DNA of 64,000 nt from Moniliella sp. 'wahieum' (lineage: Eukaryota): positions 868,001 to 932,000 of the forward strand of contig RSEE01000015.1 of NCBI GenBank assembly GCA_003971905.1, read 5' to 3'. A program made the position numbers and the translations under genes. Every line of letters starts with the position of its first letter. The stretch's first letter is position 1. The notes below the pieces were generated by a model. The model ran no database searches and was not told the DNA's origin. It worked only from the letters and a program-made list of their open reading frames with translations. Positions 50,859 to 62,699 of this stretch are shown here, in pieces.

Positions 50859-53621
50859 ATGGAACAACCCTCCCTTAGTGCCTGGTCGCGACCGCCAGCG
50901 AGAAAGCTCCCTTCGGCATACGAGCGCACCCATACCGCCTGCGCCGCGGCAGATCTGCCGCTCCCCGGTCTGCCTCAATGTGTGCTCCTTGCCGGCCCAG
51001 GGGCAGCAACAAGCACCGCACACGTACTACATGCTCTCGGGGGCAGCCCCCTTGCACCCCTGATATCTCCTCAAATGCCCACCATGTATGGTTTTCACCG
51101 CTTGCCGACAACACCATTTTGGTCGGAAGATGCAACTGCTCGTCCTCTGTTGGTTCGTTTGCAGCCATCTGAAGATACGTCCATGGCTCCGCGTCTGTCC
51201 TTACTGGCGTCGACTCGATGGAGCCAGACCAAGTGTGGGCGCGCATCAAGGCGGAGCGCTCGCATCCTCCACAGGAAGGCGACCCTCTAGCTGCCTCACC
51301 TTATGCGCCCCCGACTTGCCTCATCTGCAGCTGGTCGAGCTCCCTGCCCTAATTGTTCCGGACGAGCAGGCCTCTTCTCTCCAGCTACGACGGTCGCGTC
51401 CGGCAACGTTGGAAGCAAGGTGTCTCCTGAAGATCTGGTGGCGCAAGCTCGTCGTTCTTTGGCCTTGTCGTACGCTTCGGAGCCGGATGCAGTTCTTTGC
51501 GTTGTTTTATCCCCATGGGAGCGGGCCGAGACTAGTCCCGCCGTCCAGTTGGCTCTCGAAGTGGACCCAAAGGGGGACAGAACGGTTGGAGTGATCCCCT
51601 TTGCCATGTCGTCTGCAGGGAGATACAACCTTCCGTTCCTGGGGCGCCCCAGTTCCCCCTTTAAGAACGGTACCATCTACCTCCCCATCGCGCAAGCGGG
51701 TGGGTTCGAATCTAGGGCGCTCCCCGGTCTGGCTACGTGGCAACAGCATTCTGTCTCCTTTTCTTCTTCTTGGCTGGGCAGAGGTGCGGCGGGCTGCGTT
51801 GGTGGATGCAGTGGCTCGGACTTTGCTGAACCGCTTTCAATGTCGGGTCCCAGCATTGACAGCGCGATTGAGCGCGTTGGTAGCTCAGACGCAGCACCAA
51901 CTTGCGCGGGATGCCCCCTCCCCCGTCTCTGCCTGTTGACACGTTTCGACGGCCGCGCACGCAGGATGAAGAAGAGAGGACACTGGTTGGATCAGACTGG
52001 GACAACGCTAAGGTGGGGAAAGCGTCCCCACCCCATTCACCTTCTTTATCCATTGCCCCTTCCCTTACTCCTTCCGGGGCAACTGCCTCTGTTGTAGGCC
52101 CCACAAGGGTGAGTGCCTCATCCCCAATCGGATCAGAGGCAGCTCAACTGGTGCTCTCTCTCACAACCCAGTTTGCTTCGGATGTGGTGGCCTGCATTGA
52201 GGGGGAAGGCGGGGCCAGGATCTATCGTACTTTTGTCGACTCTTTCCATCAAGCTCTTCTTGATACCATTCCTTCCCCTCATCTTCAGCAGTGCGACGAG
52301 GGGCTGCCTCCTGGCAACCCCGACCCTGAGTGGGACGAAGCGTCGGGGCTATCCACCCGGACCATTCGTACCGCCTTGCGTAACGCTGCCGGTCCAAGAC
52401 CGGGGCTCTTTGTCCCAGACCAAGCATTCCAATTGCTCGTCAAGCCACAACTGCATCGCCTCCACTTCCCGGCTCAACAATGTGTGGAAAGTGTGTTTGA
52501 GGAATTGGTTCGCATTGCTCACGTCTCGGCTCGACCCGTACGTCATTCCGCTATACTACCCCCGCACTGAACAAAAAAACGTACTAACCCCCGTGTCCCA
52601 GGAGCTTGCTCGCTTTCCTCATCTACGCACCGCGCTAACGGATCGCGTTGACCTAATGCTGACAGAACGACGAGGGCCTACAGCCGAGTACATTAGGAAC
52701 CTCGTCGACCTCCATTCCGCATATATCAAGGTTGACCATCCTGCTTTCGTTCGCGCGAGAGAAGCGATTTTTCATCCTCCTTTGCCCCACCTGTTAAGCC
52801 CGCGTCCAAACCCAACCTTACCCACACCACAAACCGCAGCCCGACCATGACGCCCCCTCGCCCTTCTGTACAGGAGGAAGAAGGCCACCCTCCCCTTTCC
52901 CGTGCCCAAACCGTGCCTACGATCCCCGTGTCCCCTCTGATCGGTGCCTTCCGATGGAGGCGAACGCCCACACCCACTCCGCCTGCCAAGCCGACGCCTA
53001 CCAAGGCACGAACACGGTCCAGCACCCAGAGTCTCTCCTCTCCTCCCATCCCTCCTGTGTCTGGTCATCACCGCGGGGCGACAGTGGCGCCGTGCCGACG
53101 GTGATTCTTCCGCCTCCAGCTGGGTCCGCTCCGCAGCTGCTCCCGCCCCCCCCACCGTCCGAAGGATTTTTCTCTCGCTTCTTGGGGGGCAGCGAGGACC
53201 GGCATCGGCCGTCCTCGGTGCAGGACGAAGCACGCTCGTCCTCCCCTGGCCCTGCTGCACCCCAAGGTTCAATCGAGTCGGAAAGCGTGCCAGCCCAAGC
53301 GGAGAAGGTGCAGCCTAGTCGAAGGAAGAGTTGGTGCGCGCGTTAGTCTTGGCTTACCTAGCCCTGGCACGGGAGGTGGTGGAGGACACGGTGCCCAAGG
53401 CCATCATGCACCTTCTTGTCCACGCGGCCACAGAGGCGATGGAGACGCGGTTGGTGCAGGCGCTGTACTGTGCTTCGCCAGAGCGAGAGGTGCCGCTCCT
53501 CCATCCGGCCTCGTTGGGCCGTTTGCTGGAGGAGGACGAAGCGGCAGTACAGCGCGCATCGAGGCGCGTGCCCGGCTGGAGACCTACCAGCACGCGCTCC
53601 AGCAGATTGCGCGTGAACTAA
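50859..53621 (+). CDS. Dnm1/Drp1-like dynamin-related protein with degenerate GTPase motifs
   Basis: Stalk 'GGARIY..F...IRTALRNAAGPRPGLFVPDQAFQLLVKPQ..CVESVFEEL' and 'ELARFPHL..ERRGPT..AYI.VDHP.F'. GED 'LVRALVLAY..EVVEDTVPKAIMHLLV..RLVQALY'. G-domain scaffold 'LPQ', 'TARPL', 'EVDPKGDRTVGV'. Intron 52538-52601. Confidence 0.88.
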
Positions 53622-54318
53622 TATGGGGGGCAGGAGGCTGATAAGATTACGAGATCTAAGATCTAAGGTCTGAGAGGGCTGTGGCAGCGATCCATACTTT
53701 TTCTCATCGTGGCAGGATGGTCTTGAGGCCTTTTTTGGCAAGGGAGCGATTCGATCACGTACACGAAATCACAGGCATCACAGCGTGTCCCATACGTGCA
53801 TTTGAAATTTGATGCCAATTTGAGGGTGGCCGACGTGGCTGTGTGACATGTGATGGATGATGGATGCGTGATGGCGGCTCCGTGCTGGCACTCGGATGCG
53901 TGGCGGAGCTCCATGGACGGGACCGTTCTGCTGGCCCGCAGTTCCTGATCGTCTGATCTGCGTGGGATGCGCCGGCGGCACGTGAGCGTGGGCGGTGCGG
54001 TGTGCTGGCGCGGTGCGAGTGTTGAATGTTGGACTTACGCGAGTGCGCGGGCGGCGTGTGTGTGTGCTGCGCATCTTCGGACTCAGTACGCAGTCTCAGT
54101 ACTCAGCCCGAGTTGCGCGCTGCGCCGAGCACGAGTACGCGAAGTGCTTGCTCAGGCGGAGCCCCAGGCGTGTCTACTCCGTGGCAGCTATGCGCCCCCC
54201 CTGCCCTTCCAGCCTGCGCACGCTGAGCCCCCGCCGCCCACGCCCGCTGGCGCCCCCTCCGCTTTGGCGCTGCGCTGCCGCTCTCTTCCTTGCCTCCACC
54301 CCCCCTTCTCTGTTCGCC

Positions 54319-56371
54319 ATGGGTCCCTGGCGGCGTGCTGTTACCGCCCTGGCCCTGGCCATCGCCGCTGCCTCCTCCACCCCCGCCCTCGCCACCACCT
54401 CCAGCGTCAGCCTCTCGCCCGCCCTCAATGCCAGCAACGCCGGCTCCACCCTGTCCCAGACGCTCCTCCCCTCCTTTGCCGGTGTGGGCATCGAACCAAG
54501 CAACGTGCTGGCCTTCACGGGCACCGACACGGTCACGTCACCCCTTACATACCAACTCCTCAGCAACCTCGGCGCATACACCGGCGTCCCCCGCATCTGC
54601 GTCTCGGCGGCAACACTGGCGACAACATGCTCTATGACGACGTGGCTTCCACCTCCGCCACGCTTCAGACCAATGCCAGTGGCAGTACGACGTCACGCTG
54701 GTACTACGGAAATGGTCTCTTGGCCGCCGTTGACCGGTTGCCCGCCGGCACCCCCATCACATTTGGCCTCAACTTGGCCTACAATGGATCCGATGCCATC
54801 CCGCGCATTGTAGAGCAGGCCGCGGCCGTGTTGGACAATCTGCACAATGTCAAAATTGCCGGTTTTGAGGTGGGCAACGAACCGGACTTGTACGTCACCA
54901 ACCAGTACCGCCCCGCTGGCTACACCGAGCAAACTATGGGGCAGAGTGGATTGCCCGTGTCCAGGCGATCCACACGCAGGTCCTTGCTCCGCGCAACAAG
55001 TCCTCCAATTTCTTTGAGGCTGCGGTCACTGCCACTACGGCCGACAAAACGGTCACCCTACCGCATTTCGAACTTGGTACAGGACACCAATGGCGTTGCC
55101 ACGGGCAACGGCATCTACGTGGCTGGCCCAACCAACACTATCTTGTACGTTTTGCTTCCTGATCGGCCGAGCGCCGTACGTGCCAATCTGGGTCTGACAG
55201 ATGATCTATGTACATGCAGTATTACATTGGCGTCTCCAACTTCCCCATCACGGTCGATTGGCTGCTTGACTTTCAGAATCCCAAAATCAACTTACCGAGT
55301 GGATCGGTCAAGCGCAGCAGGCCCAGCAGATCGGTCGCCCTTACTACCTCCGTGAGATGGGCTCCATCGGACCCGAGGGAATTCAAGGTATCTCGGACAC
55401 GTTTGCCAACACGCTGTGGACCTTCAACTTCTTCCTCTATGCCGCTACGGTGCAGATGAACTCGGTGCAGATGCATATGACCCAAACCTCCTATTCTTCC
55501 CCCTGGCAACCTATCTATGCCAACGGGGTTCAGCCGCATGTGCGCTCGTCTTACTATGCCTATGCTGCAATTGCCCAAGTTATCGGCGCCCAGTGCAACA
55601 CCCGGGTTGCTTCGATTTCCATGGGCACGGTGCCCGCTGGCTACACTGGTCGCCTGGTCGCCTACTCTATTTACGCAGGCAACTCCCTCACTGGCTTGGT
55701 TCTAATCAACTCGCAAACGAGCAACCAAACCAACCCCACAGGCAACAGTGTCAGCTTCACCTTCTCTCTGCCTTCCCTGGCTGGCAAGACATTTTACCTT
55801 TCTCACCTCACGGCGGCAGGCACAGATGCCACGACGAATACGACGTGGAATGGCGTGTCGTTCGAGACGCGCTCAGATGGCAAGCCCCAACCTGTGGCCA
55901 ACAACACTGTTGACAGCGTCACGGCCAATTCGAGTGGTGCCGTGACAATTACCGTGCCGGACGGACGGCGGTGGTGGCCAACATTGGGTCCCAGCTCGGG
56001 TCCAACACCAGCGTCAATCAGAACAACTGTGCCGCGCTGAGTCAGACGGGCGAAGGGCCCGATGCCAATCCGTCTGGCTCCCAAGGCGGTCCCGCGCCGA
56101 CGTTTAGTTCGACCCAGTCTCCAGCAAACACCATGGATTGACAACTGGCGCAATCGTCGCGATTGCCGTGGCGGTACCATGTGGCGTGTTGGCCATCTTG
56201 GCTGTCGCTGGTGTGATCGTTTCTGCCTCTGCCGCCGAAGGAGGCGCAACGGTGGTGCAGCCAGTGGCATGCACTCCAAGTTGCACGGAGGAGAGGACTG
56301 AGGGATGTGACGCTTCAAGCAGATTCGGCACTGGATCGCCCGCCTACGGCTTCCCAGCTCACCTCACATGA
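54319..56371 (+). CDS. Glycoside hydrolase family 79 (beta-glucuronidase-like), signal peptide plus C-terminal TM anchor
   Basis: Signal peptide MGPWRRAVTALALAIAAA. 'GVGIE', 'R.GGNTGD', 'TFGLNL', acid/base 'FEVGNEPDLY', nucleophile 'YLREMGS', and 'GISDTFANTLW..F.LYAA'. TM 'GAIVAIAVAVPCGVLAILAV'. Confidence 0.88.
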
Positions 56372-58507
56372 TCTCTCTGCCCATCCCGAAACCGACTCCC
56401 AAAACAGCGCACATGGTACACCCGTCGGACTCACCCAGTTGAACGGTACTGCCCCCACTTGCCTCGATCCCTACCGCCATACCCGACCTCCACCAAGCTC
56501 CTCGTCGGACCCTCTTTCAAGATGATCCTTCGCATCTACTGCCTCTACCCCCCCCCCCCTTCCCAACTCTTTCCCTCTTTGTGAGCTTCTTGATCTTCTC
56601 TTTCCATTTGCATCCACACACCTACACCTTCATCTTGTCCAACTTTGCTAGAGATCGTTCGACTTTGCTTTGAATCCTAATCTCGCGTCTTGTCCTGGGT
56701 TATCCATTTGTCGGACTCGTGCAATGTTTTGTTGGATTGGCTGCAGTGCATATTGTCTTCTTCTTGTTCGTTGTTGCTGATGTGCATGTGTTTTCTTGTC
56801 GATACTCAGACACTAAGAGCAGTGGTGTTGCTTCACTCTTCGCTACTGAAAAGACTGACAATTGCGATGGATGATGTTGCTGCGCTCTGAGGTACGAGCT
56901 TTGCTTGTTTAAATGTGTCCTTAAGCCTTATCGTCCTAGATTTCTACGGTCGTCGTGTCCCCTGTCCTCCAGTAAGATACCCCAGTTAGGTGCAGGTGGT
57001 GGATGCCCCTGGATGGCTTGGGATGAGAACGAAAGAGAACTGAGAAGGGCTATTCCGCCGCTTGGCAAAGTTGTGCCCACTATTAATACGCTGCTGCCCT
57101 GGCTCAGGCACCCGGTCGGTTAGGATCATCATGTAGGCCACGCGTGCACCCTTTCCCTCTCCTCCATGTTTGTCCCCCGCTGCCCTCTTCGCTCCATCCC
57201 CCGCAATGGCGACCGGCAGCGCTGGGCACCCTGTGTCGTCAAAAAGACAGCAGTTGGCCTGCCGGAGACTGCGCTGGCGTTCGGCGCCACAGCGGAACGT
57301 ATGGAGGCAGTCTCCGTTTAAGGTACCACATCTGACAACATTTCAAATGCAAAAAACGCGTTTTTGCGGGACGCGTCGATTCAGGTTTTCCTTCTGACCC
57401 TCGTCCTCCCCAACCAGCTTCACCCCGACGGGCTCCGGTTGGTATGGCGAGGGCAACGCCATTGCCCACAGCATCTCTCCGCAAGGGGGCACCCGCGTTC
57501 GGTGTCTATAAACGGAATATCTCAGCTGGACCAACACCTGAGCAAGAAAAGACCATTCTCGTTGTCTTTTCTACAAGCACACATGCTCTTTTGCCTTTGC
57601 AGTGGCTGTTGGGGGTGCCGATGCCCCCAGACCCTTCTCGGCGCGGCGCGTGTAACCCTCTCGTTCCGAAGGATGGGTTGGCCGGATTGCTCGATCGTGT
57701 CCTGCACCAAATCTGCTACATTCGGGGCTCCATCGACGTAGTCACCAAAAAGCGGAATATAGCAAGCGGAGAGCCTCCAACGCATGATAGGATCCGAATG
57801 ATAAAGCATATGGGGGGCGCATTCGGGTGCCCTGCGGGTCCACCAATACGAAGCAGGAACGCTGGGAGCGCAGGAGCAATCCTTAGAGTGTAAAGCCGGG
57901 GGGGGGCGGGGTTACGGGGTCGATAGTTCGCAGACCAATGGCGGAAGCAAAGCCAATGCAAAGGCGGATGAGGCGGCGTACACGTTGGCCGATTCGGCGC
58001 ACACAACCTGGCTGACCCCGTGCCGTTTGTCCTCTCTCCGATGCGATGGGACAAGGTGAAAATTCACGCGCGCCCCGCCAGCATCGCTTGCCTTTGCACC
58101 TCCATCGCCCTCGCCACCGCATCTGCGCCGCACATTGCTGCCATTGTCGTGTGCTGCGTGCTGTGTGCTGTGTCCTGCGTGCTGTGTCCCGCCCGGCATC
58201 CTGCGTGTCTGCCTCTGCCTCTGCCTCCGCTGCCGCTGCCTCCACCGCCGCCGTGTCCACCGCGTTCCCCTGCCACCCCACCGTCCGCTGACAAAGCCGG
58301 GCTTGCCGTCAGCAGCCCAGTCCTCGCCCCTGCTCCTGTGGCCTGGCAGCCCCGAGTGTCGCCGCTCCTATTCGTGCGCAATAGGCGTTCACCTTATTTG
58401 CCTCCGCACACGGCGTTGGCTCAACCCTCTTCCCTTGCCCTTGGCCTCACCCTTCTCCTCCACCGCCACCCACCATCCCCTTCTGCCCGCGCCCCCACCT
58501 CGCTGCT

Positions 58508-61500
58508 ATGGAAACGGACACGTCCCTCTCCCCATTGTCCCCGTTAGGCAGCGTGCCCTCCTCGACCCCCCTTTCCGCCGCGAAGCAAAGCGCAAGAGCG
58601 GACCCACCACTTCCCCTTCCCCTTCTTCTGCTGTCCTCAAGAAGCCCAAACCCACTTCGAACCCCCTGGCCGATCAGTCGGTCGAGCCCGACTCGTCAAC
58701 CGGCACGATCCGCCGCATGAGCGGCCGCCTCTCCACCGCCAAGGGCCGTGCGCGCAGTACAGCCGTGCGCGTGCCCACCAAGCCCGCGTCATGGCCGCCA
58801 GCCCGCTCCCACCGGTGGAGGGGGGGCGGGGGGAAGGTCTGATGAGTCCCGCTTCTCCCTCTGGTCATCTGGGTCACTGTCACCAGCACCGCCGATTCTG
58901 TGGTCGACCAATGCTACAGTGCACGGTTGTACGCGATAACCACCAGCGCTGTCGGTTGCGGTATTGTGACTATGCGCTAAGGCCTACTATGGTCTTTCGC
59001 GCGACGCGATTGTCACGCGCGGCCGGGACCCGTCGGCGGGGGACCCGAACAAGGTTCAGCTTGGGCTGGATCCGAGCCAGATGTGCTCGGCGTCCGAGGC
59101 TGGGTTTGTTTGCTTGCCCACGGTGCACTGGGACATGCGACTGTTCGGTCTGTCGCAACCATCGCGGCGTGCCTCCATTGGCGGCGCCTCCTTTGACGCC
59201 TACGGACAACACACACGATCTCCATTCCCATGCTCATAACTATGTGGACGGGGAGGATGCTGAGAGGAGGAAACCCTGCCGGATACCCCCGTCCGCAATG
59301 GCAAGCAAACTGCTAAAGGAAAAGCTAAGCCCAAGACTAAGGCTAAGCCTAAGAAGGCAAAGCCTCAATCGGGTACGTCCAAGTCTGCCAAGCAGACCAA
59401 ACCAGTCAAGCCCAGAGCCAGGCCCAAAGTCAAGGCCAAAGCATATGCCAAGGAGGATTTGATTAGCTCGGATGAAGAGGCTTCAATCAACTTGGATGGG
59501 GACGCTTCGATCATCTTGGATGAGGACGTTTCGATGAGCTCGGATGAGGAGACTTCAACCAGCTCGGATGAGGAGGCCCTGGCGGCCAAGATCCCGAAGA
59601 AAATGGTGGCGCCCAAGCGCAAATCGATTTCCAAATCTGCAAAGGAGAGTTTCGACCAAAGCAAAGCGAAGTGAGGACGACCATCTGATGGATGTCAATG
59701 AACAAGACATGGAAACCTCCTCTGGCTCGGAGCCACCATCGTCCCCACCCACCAGCCCAAGGAAAATCGAGGAAAACCGATGTCGTCTCTAAGGCCAAAA
59801 CCGCACCCAAGAAGGCATCGGCCAAGACTAAAAAGACGACCGCTGGTAAAGGGGTCAAATCCACAACGACCAAGGCGAAGTCCTCTGCCGCTAAGAGCAA
59901 GACGGCCGCCAAGTCTACAGACACGACCAAGGCGAACAAGAAAGCTTCGGATAAAGCGAAGGCCAAGGTTACGCCTACCAAGGATGCTAACGCAACTCCT
60001 ACTAAAGGAGCCAAGGGGACGCCCACGAAGGCAATTACACCGGCCAAAGGCAGAAAATCGGCCGCCAAGGACAACTTCAACATTCGCCCCAAGCCTGTTG
60101 TTACTCCGCCGGACTTGGCGGAGGCGCCTCTTACTGAGGTGTAGGGACATCCTTGCCCGCGGCCAATCTGTTCGCTCGAATGTGGATTTACGAGGCTCTC
60201 GTTCGTTTTGATGCTGTCGCCACCCCCGCCACGATTCTCCGGCGACTCGACAGATTCGATGACTGGGATCCGCGTATGCTCAACCTGATTCTCGAAGCGG
60301 TGACAGCTTGTCTCGCAGGCACGACGATCAAGTCGCTCCAGATTAGTGCCAAGCCGACGTTCCATGGTACGATGCAGGGTGTTATGCCCCTGGTGCGTGC
60401 GGTCCGAATCCACCACGCGCCCGACGCATCGACGCGTGGCGAGGCATGGGAAGCAGCACGAGCGTGGCTCGAGGCGGAGCGGGTGACGATCGAGGACCTT
60501 CCTGACATTGAGCACCACTTTATCGAAGAGCCCGATGAACAGGTATCTACGCCTGCGTCCGACTTCGCTCTAGCACCAGGCACGAGCAGACGCGTCCTTA
60601 CTCGTGCGGGCCGGGCCAAGCTCAACAACGTTTATATCCCTCGCAAGAGCTTGCGCGAGGCGTCGATCCACAGCGAAGATGACCTGGAAGAGGATGACGA
60701 GGACGACAAAGAGGGTGGCGAGGACGACATGGACTACGATGGTGTCCAGTCCCCAGATGCAAGCGAGGGTGAGGGTGAGGATGAAGCCACTCGATCAGAG
60801 TCAATTGTCTCTCAGACTCGCCGTGGTCGTGCTTCATGGAACAGCAAAGAAAGTCCCTCGAATGCTGACCAGACGGAGCTGAGGCGCTCCGGGCGCACCC
60901 AACGGGGCCAACCTCAATCGGGAGTGGCATCCCGCGTCCCGTCTGTTTCGGTGCCAGCTTCCCGCCAAGCCTCGGTTCTGCCCAGCAGCGCCCATGTGCC
61001 TCTCGCTCCCGGTCAGGAAGGGCCGGCTGAATCAGAGCTTTCCTCTGAATCCGCGCAAGTCACTGTGACGCCTACCCCTCCCCATCTGCACCCGTGCCCG
61101 CCCCGCCTTTCGAGCAACGCGTCGCCATTCTCGGTGCGTTGATCAACAATTTCGTTCCTCGCACAAGTGCCGTGCGCACGGATCTGATCGAGGGATGGAG
61201 CAGTGTCCTGCGTCGGAGCGAGAGGCCCGTGCGGACATGAACCGGATCAAGACGGAGCACAAGGAGCGCATGCAGGCACTGAACGAAAAGTTGGACAGTG
61301 AGACGGTTCAGCGGTATATTGAGGAGCTGGGGCGCAAAGTACGTCTACCCACCCACTTTCCTTCTTCCTTTCCCTTTCCCTTGCTTTTTCCTGACTGTTT
61401 TCTTCACTCCAGAAATCTCGCGAGCAGCGCAACTTTGCCTGGAGCTTACTACAACGCAAAGTGCAACTCTACAATCGCCTCAACCGAACCAAAATGCGCT

Positions 61501-62464
61501 CCGGCCCGCTCGGTACCGATGTTGATGGTCGTGAGTACTGGCATTTGGCCGAGTATGTCGAATCGATGCCCAAGAATACCGAGGGCCGATGGGCGTGGGG
61601 ACTTTACATTTACGGCAAACCATTCCCCCACGCTACAACCGTTGCGGAGCTCACGGCCAAGCCGGATCCAACCAAGACTGATGAGCCTAATGAGGCAAGC
61701 CAGTCCGCCCCCGAGTCTGTCGAGGCGACGTGCAGGATCGCAGCGTTGCCCAACCGTCACCCGATCCAACCGAGACAGATGAAGCTAAGCCGCTCAATGG
61801 AGTCAAGGAGGCCAAGGCAGGGCAGATACCAGGCGACCCACGGACGAGCCCTCGCTCTCCCCGTCGCCCGAGGCACAAGTGTGGGCACAAGAAAAGTTTG
61901 TGTTGGAGCAGGAGCCGAGGGCAGATGGTCAACTGGCGTACTGGATCTAAGATGACAAAACACATTCAGTATCGTCTTGCTTCCGTTGAAGCCGATGAGA
62001 AGCGCGCGCGTGAGCTGGCAAAGTGGCAGCGTGCCGTTCTCAAGACCGAAAATGAAGCGCTTGCTGCAGCACCGAGCAGGAAAAGCAAGACTCGAGCCAG
62101 CTTCTCTGCAGCGGGCGTACCTTTCCTTGCGCCAGGTGAGGGGGCGCGCTGGGCCGCTTCAGCGGCTGCATCAATCGTGCCTAGCCCCTCGTCGGAAGAG
62201 GCCTTGAAGGAGCATGAGGTACCTGGGCACAGCCCCTCCTTGGGGTTGCTGGACAATGAGCTGGCCACACCTTCGGCTCAGGCCAAGATTGATGCACTGG
62301 AAGAGGTTGTCCGTTTGTCTGAAACTGCTTACGAGGAGAAACGCAAAGCTCGCCGGGTTCAGGTGGAGGAGTTGTGCCAGCACCTGGACAAGGTGCTGGA
62401 ATACTTTATGTTCCACCTCGGCTTTGTGGAGCGCTCAGAGGTGGAGACGGAGACAGTGAGTTAA
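58508..62464 (+). CDS. Chromatin protein: zf-4CXXC_R1 zinc finger, Lys-rich region, acidic tract and WHIM/WSD motif
   Basis: 'GHCHQHR...LQC..RC..RYCD.C...YYG...FACPRCTGTCDCSVCR' (one indel assumed). H1-like K/A/T-rich region 59780-60075. WHIM2-like 'RSGPLGTDVDGREYWHL' at about 61497-61548. Intron about 61339-61412. Confidence 0.75.
59459..59578 (+). repeat. Coding 24-bp minisatellite (5 x 8-aa acidic repeat)
   Basis: ISSDEEAS / INLDGDAS / IILDEDVS / MSSDEETS / TSSDEEAL. Confidence 0.8.
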
Positions 62465-62699
62465 GCAACAGCTCGTCCTGAGCTTGTCATGTTTATGTCT
62501 CTCTGTGCAACTTTTGTTCTGATCAAACCGCGTCTAACATGCATCATACGATAGAGTGTGTTTTTGCAGCTTATATGGGCGGGTTCCCTACAGGAACCTC
62601 TTCGTCATATAGTCAAGATACCAACTCATATTGATAGTAGGACCAGAGGTCTTCTCTCCCACATTCCTAGTTGCTGTCCTTCTCGACGCTGCTTCATCG

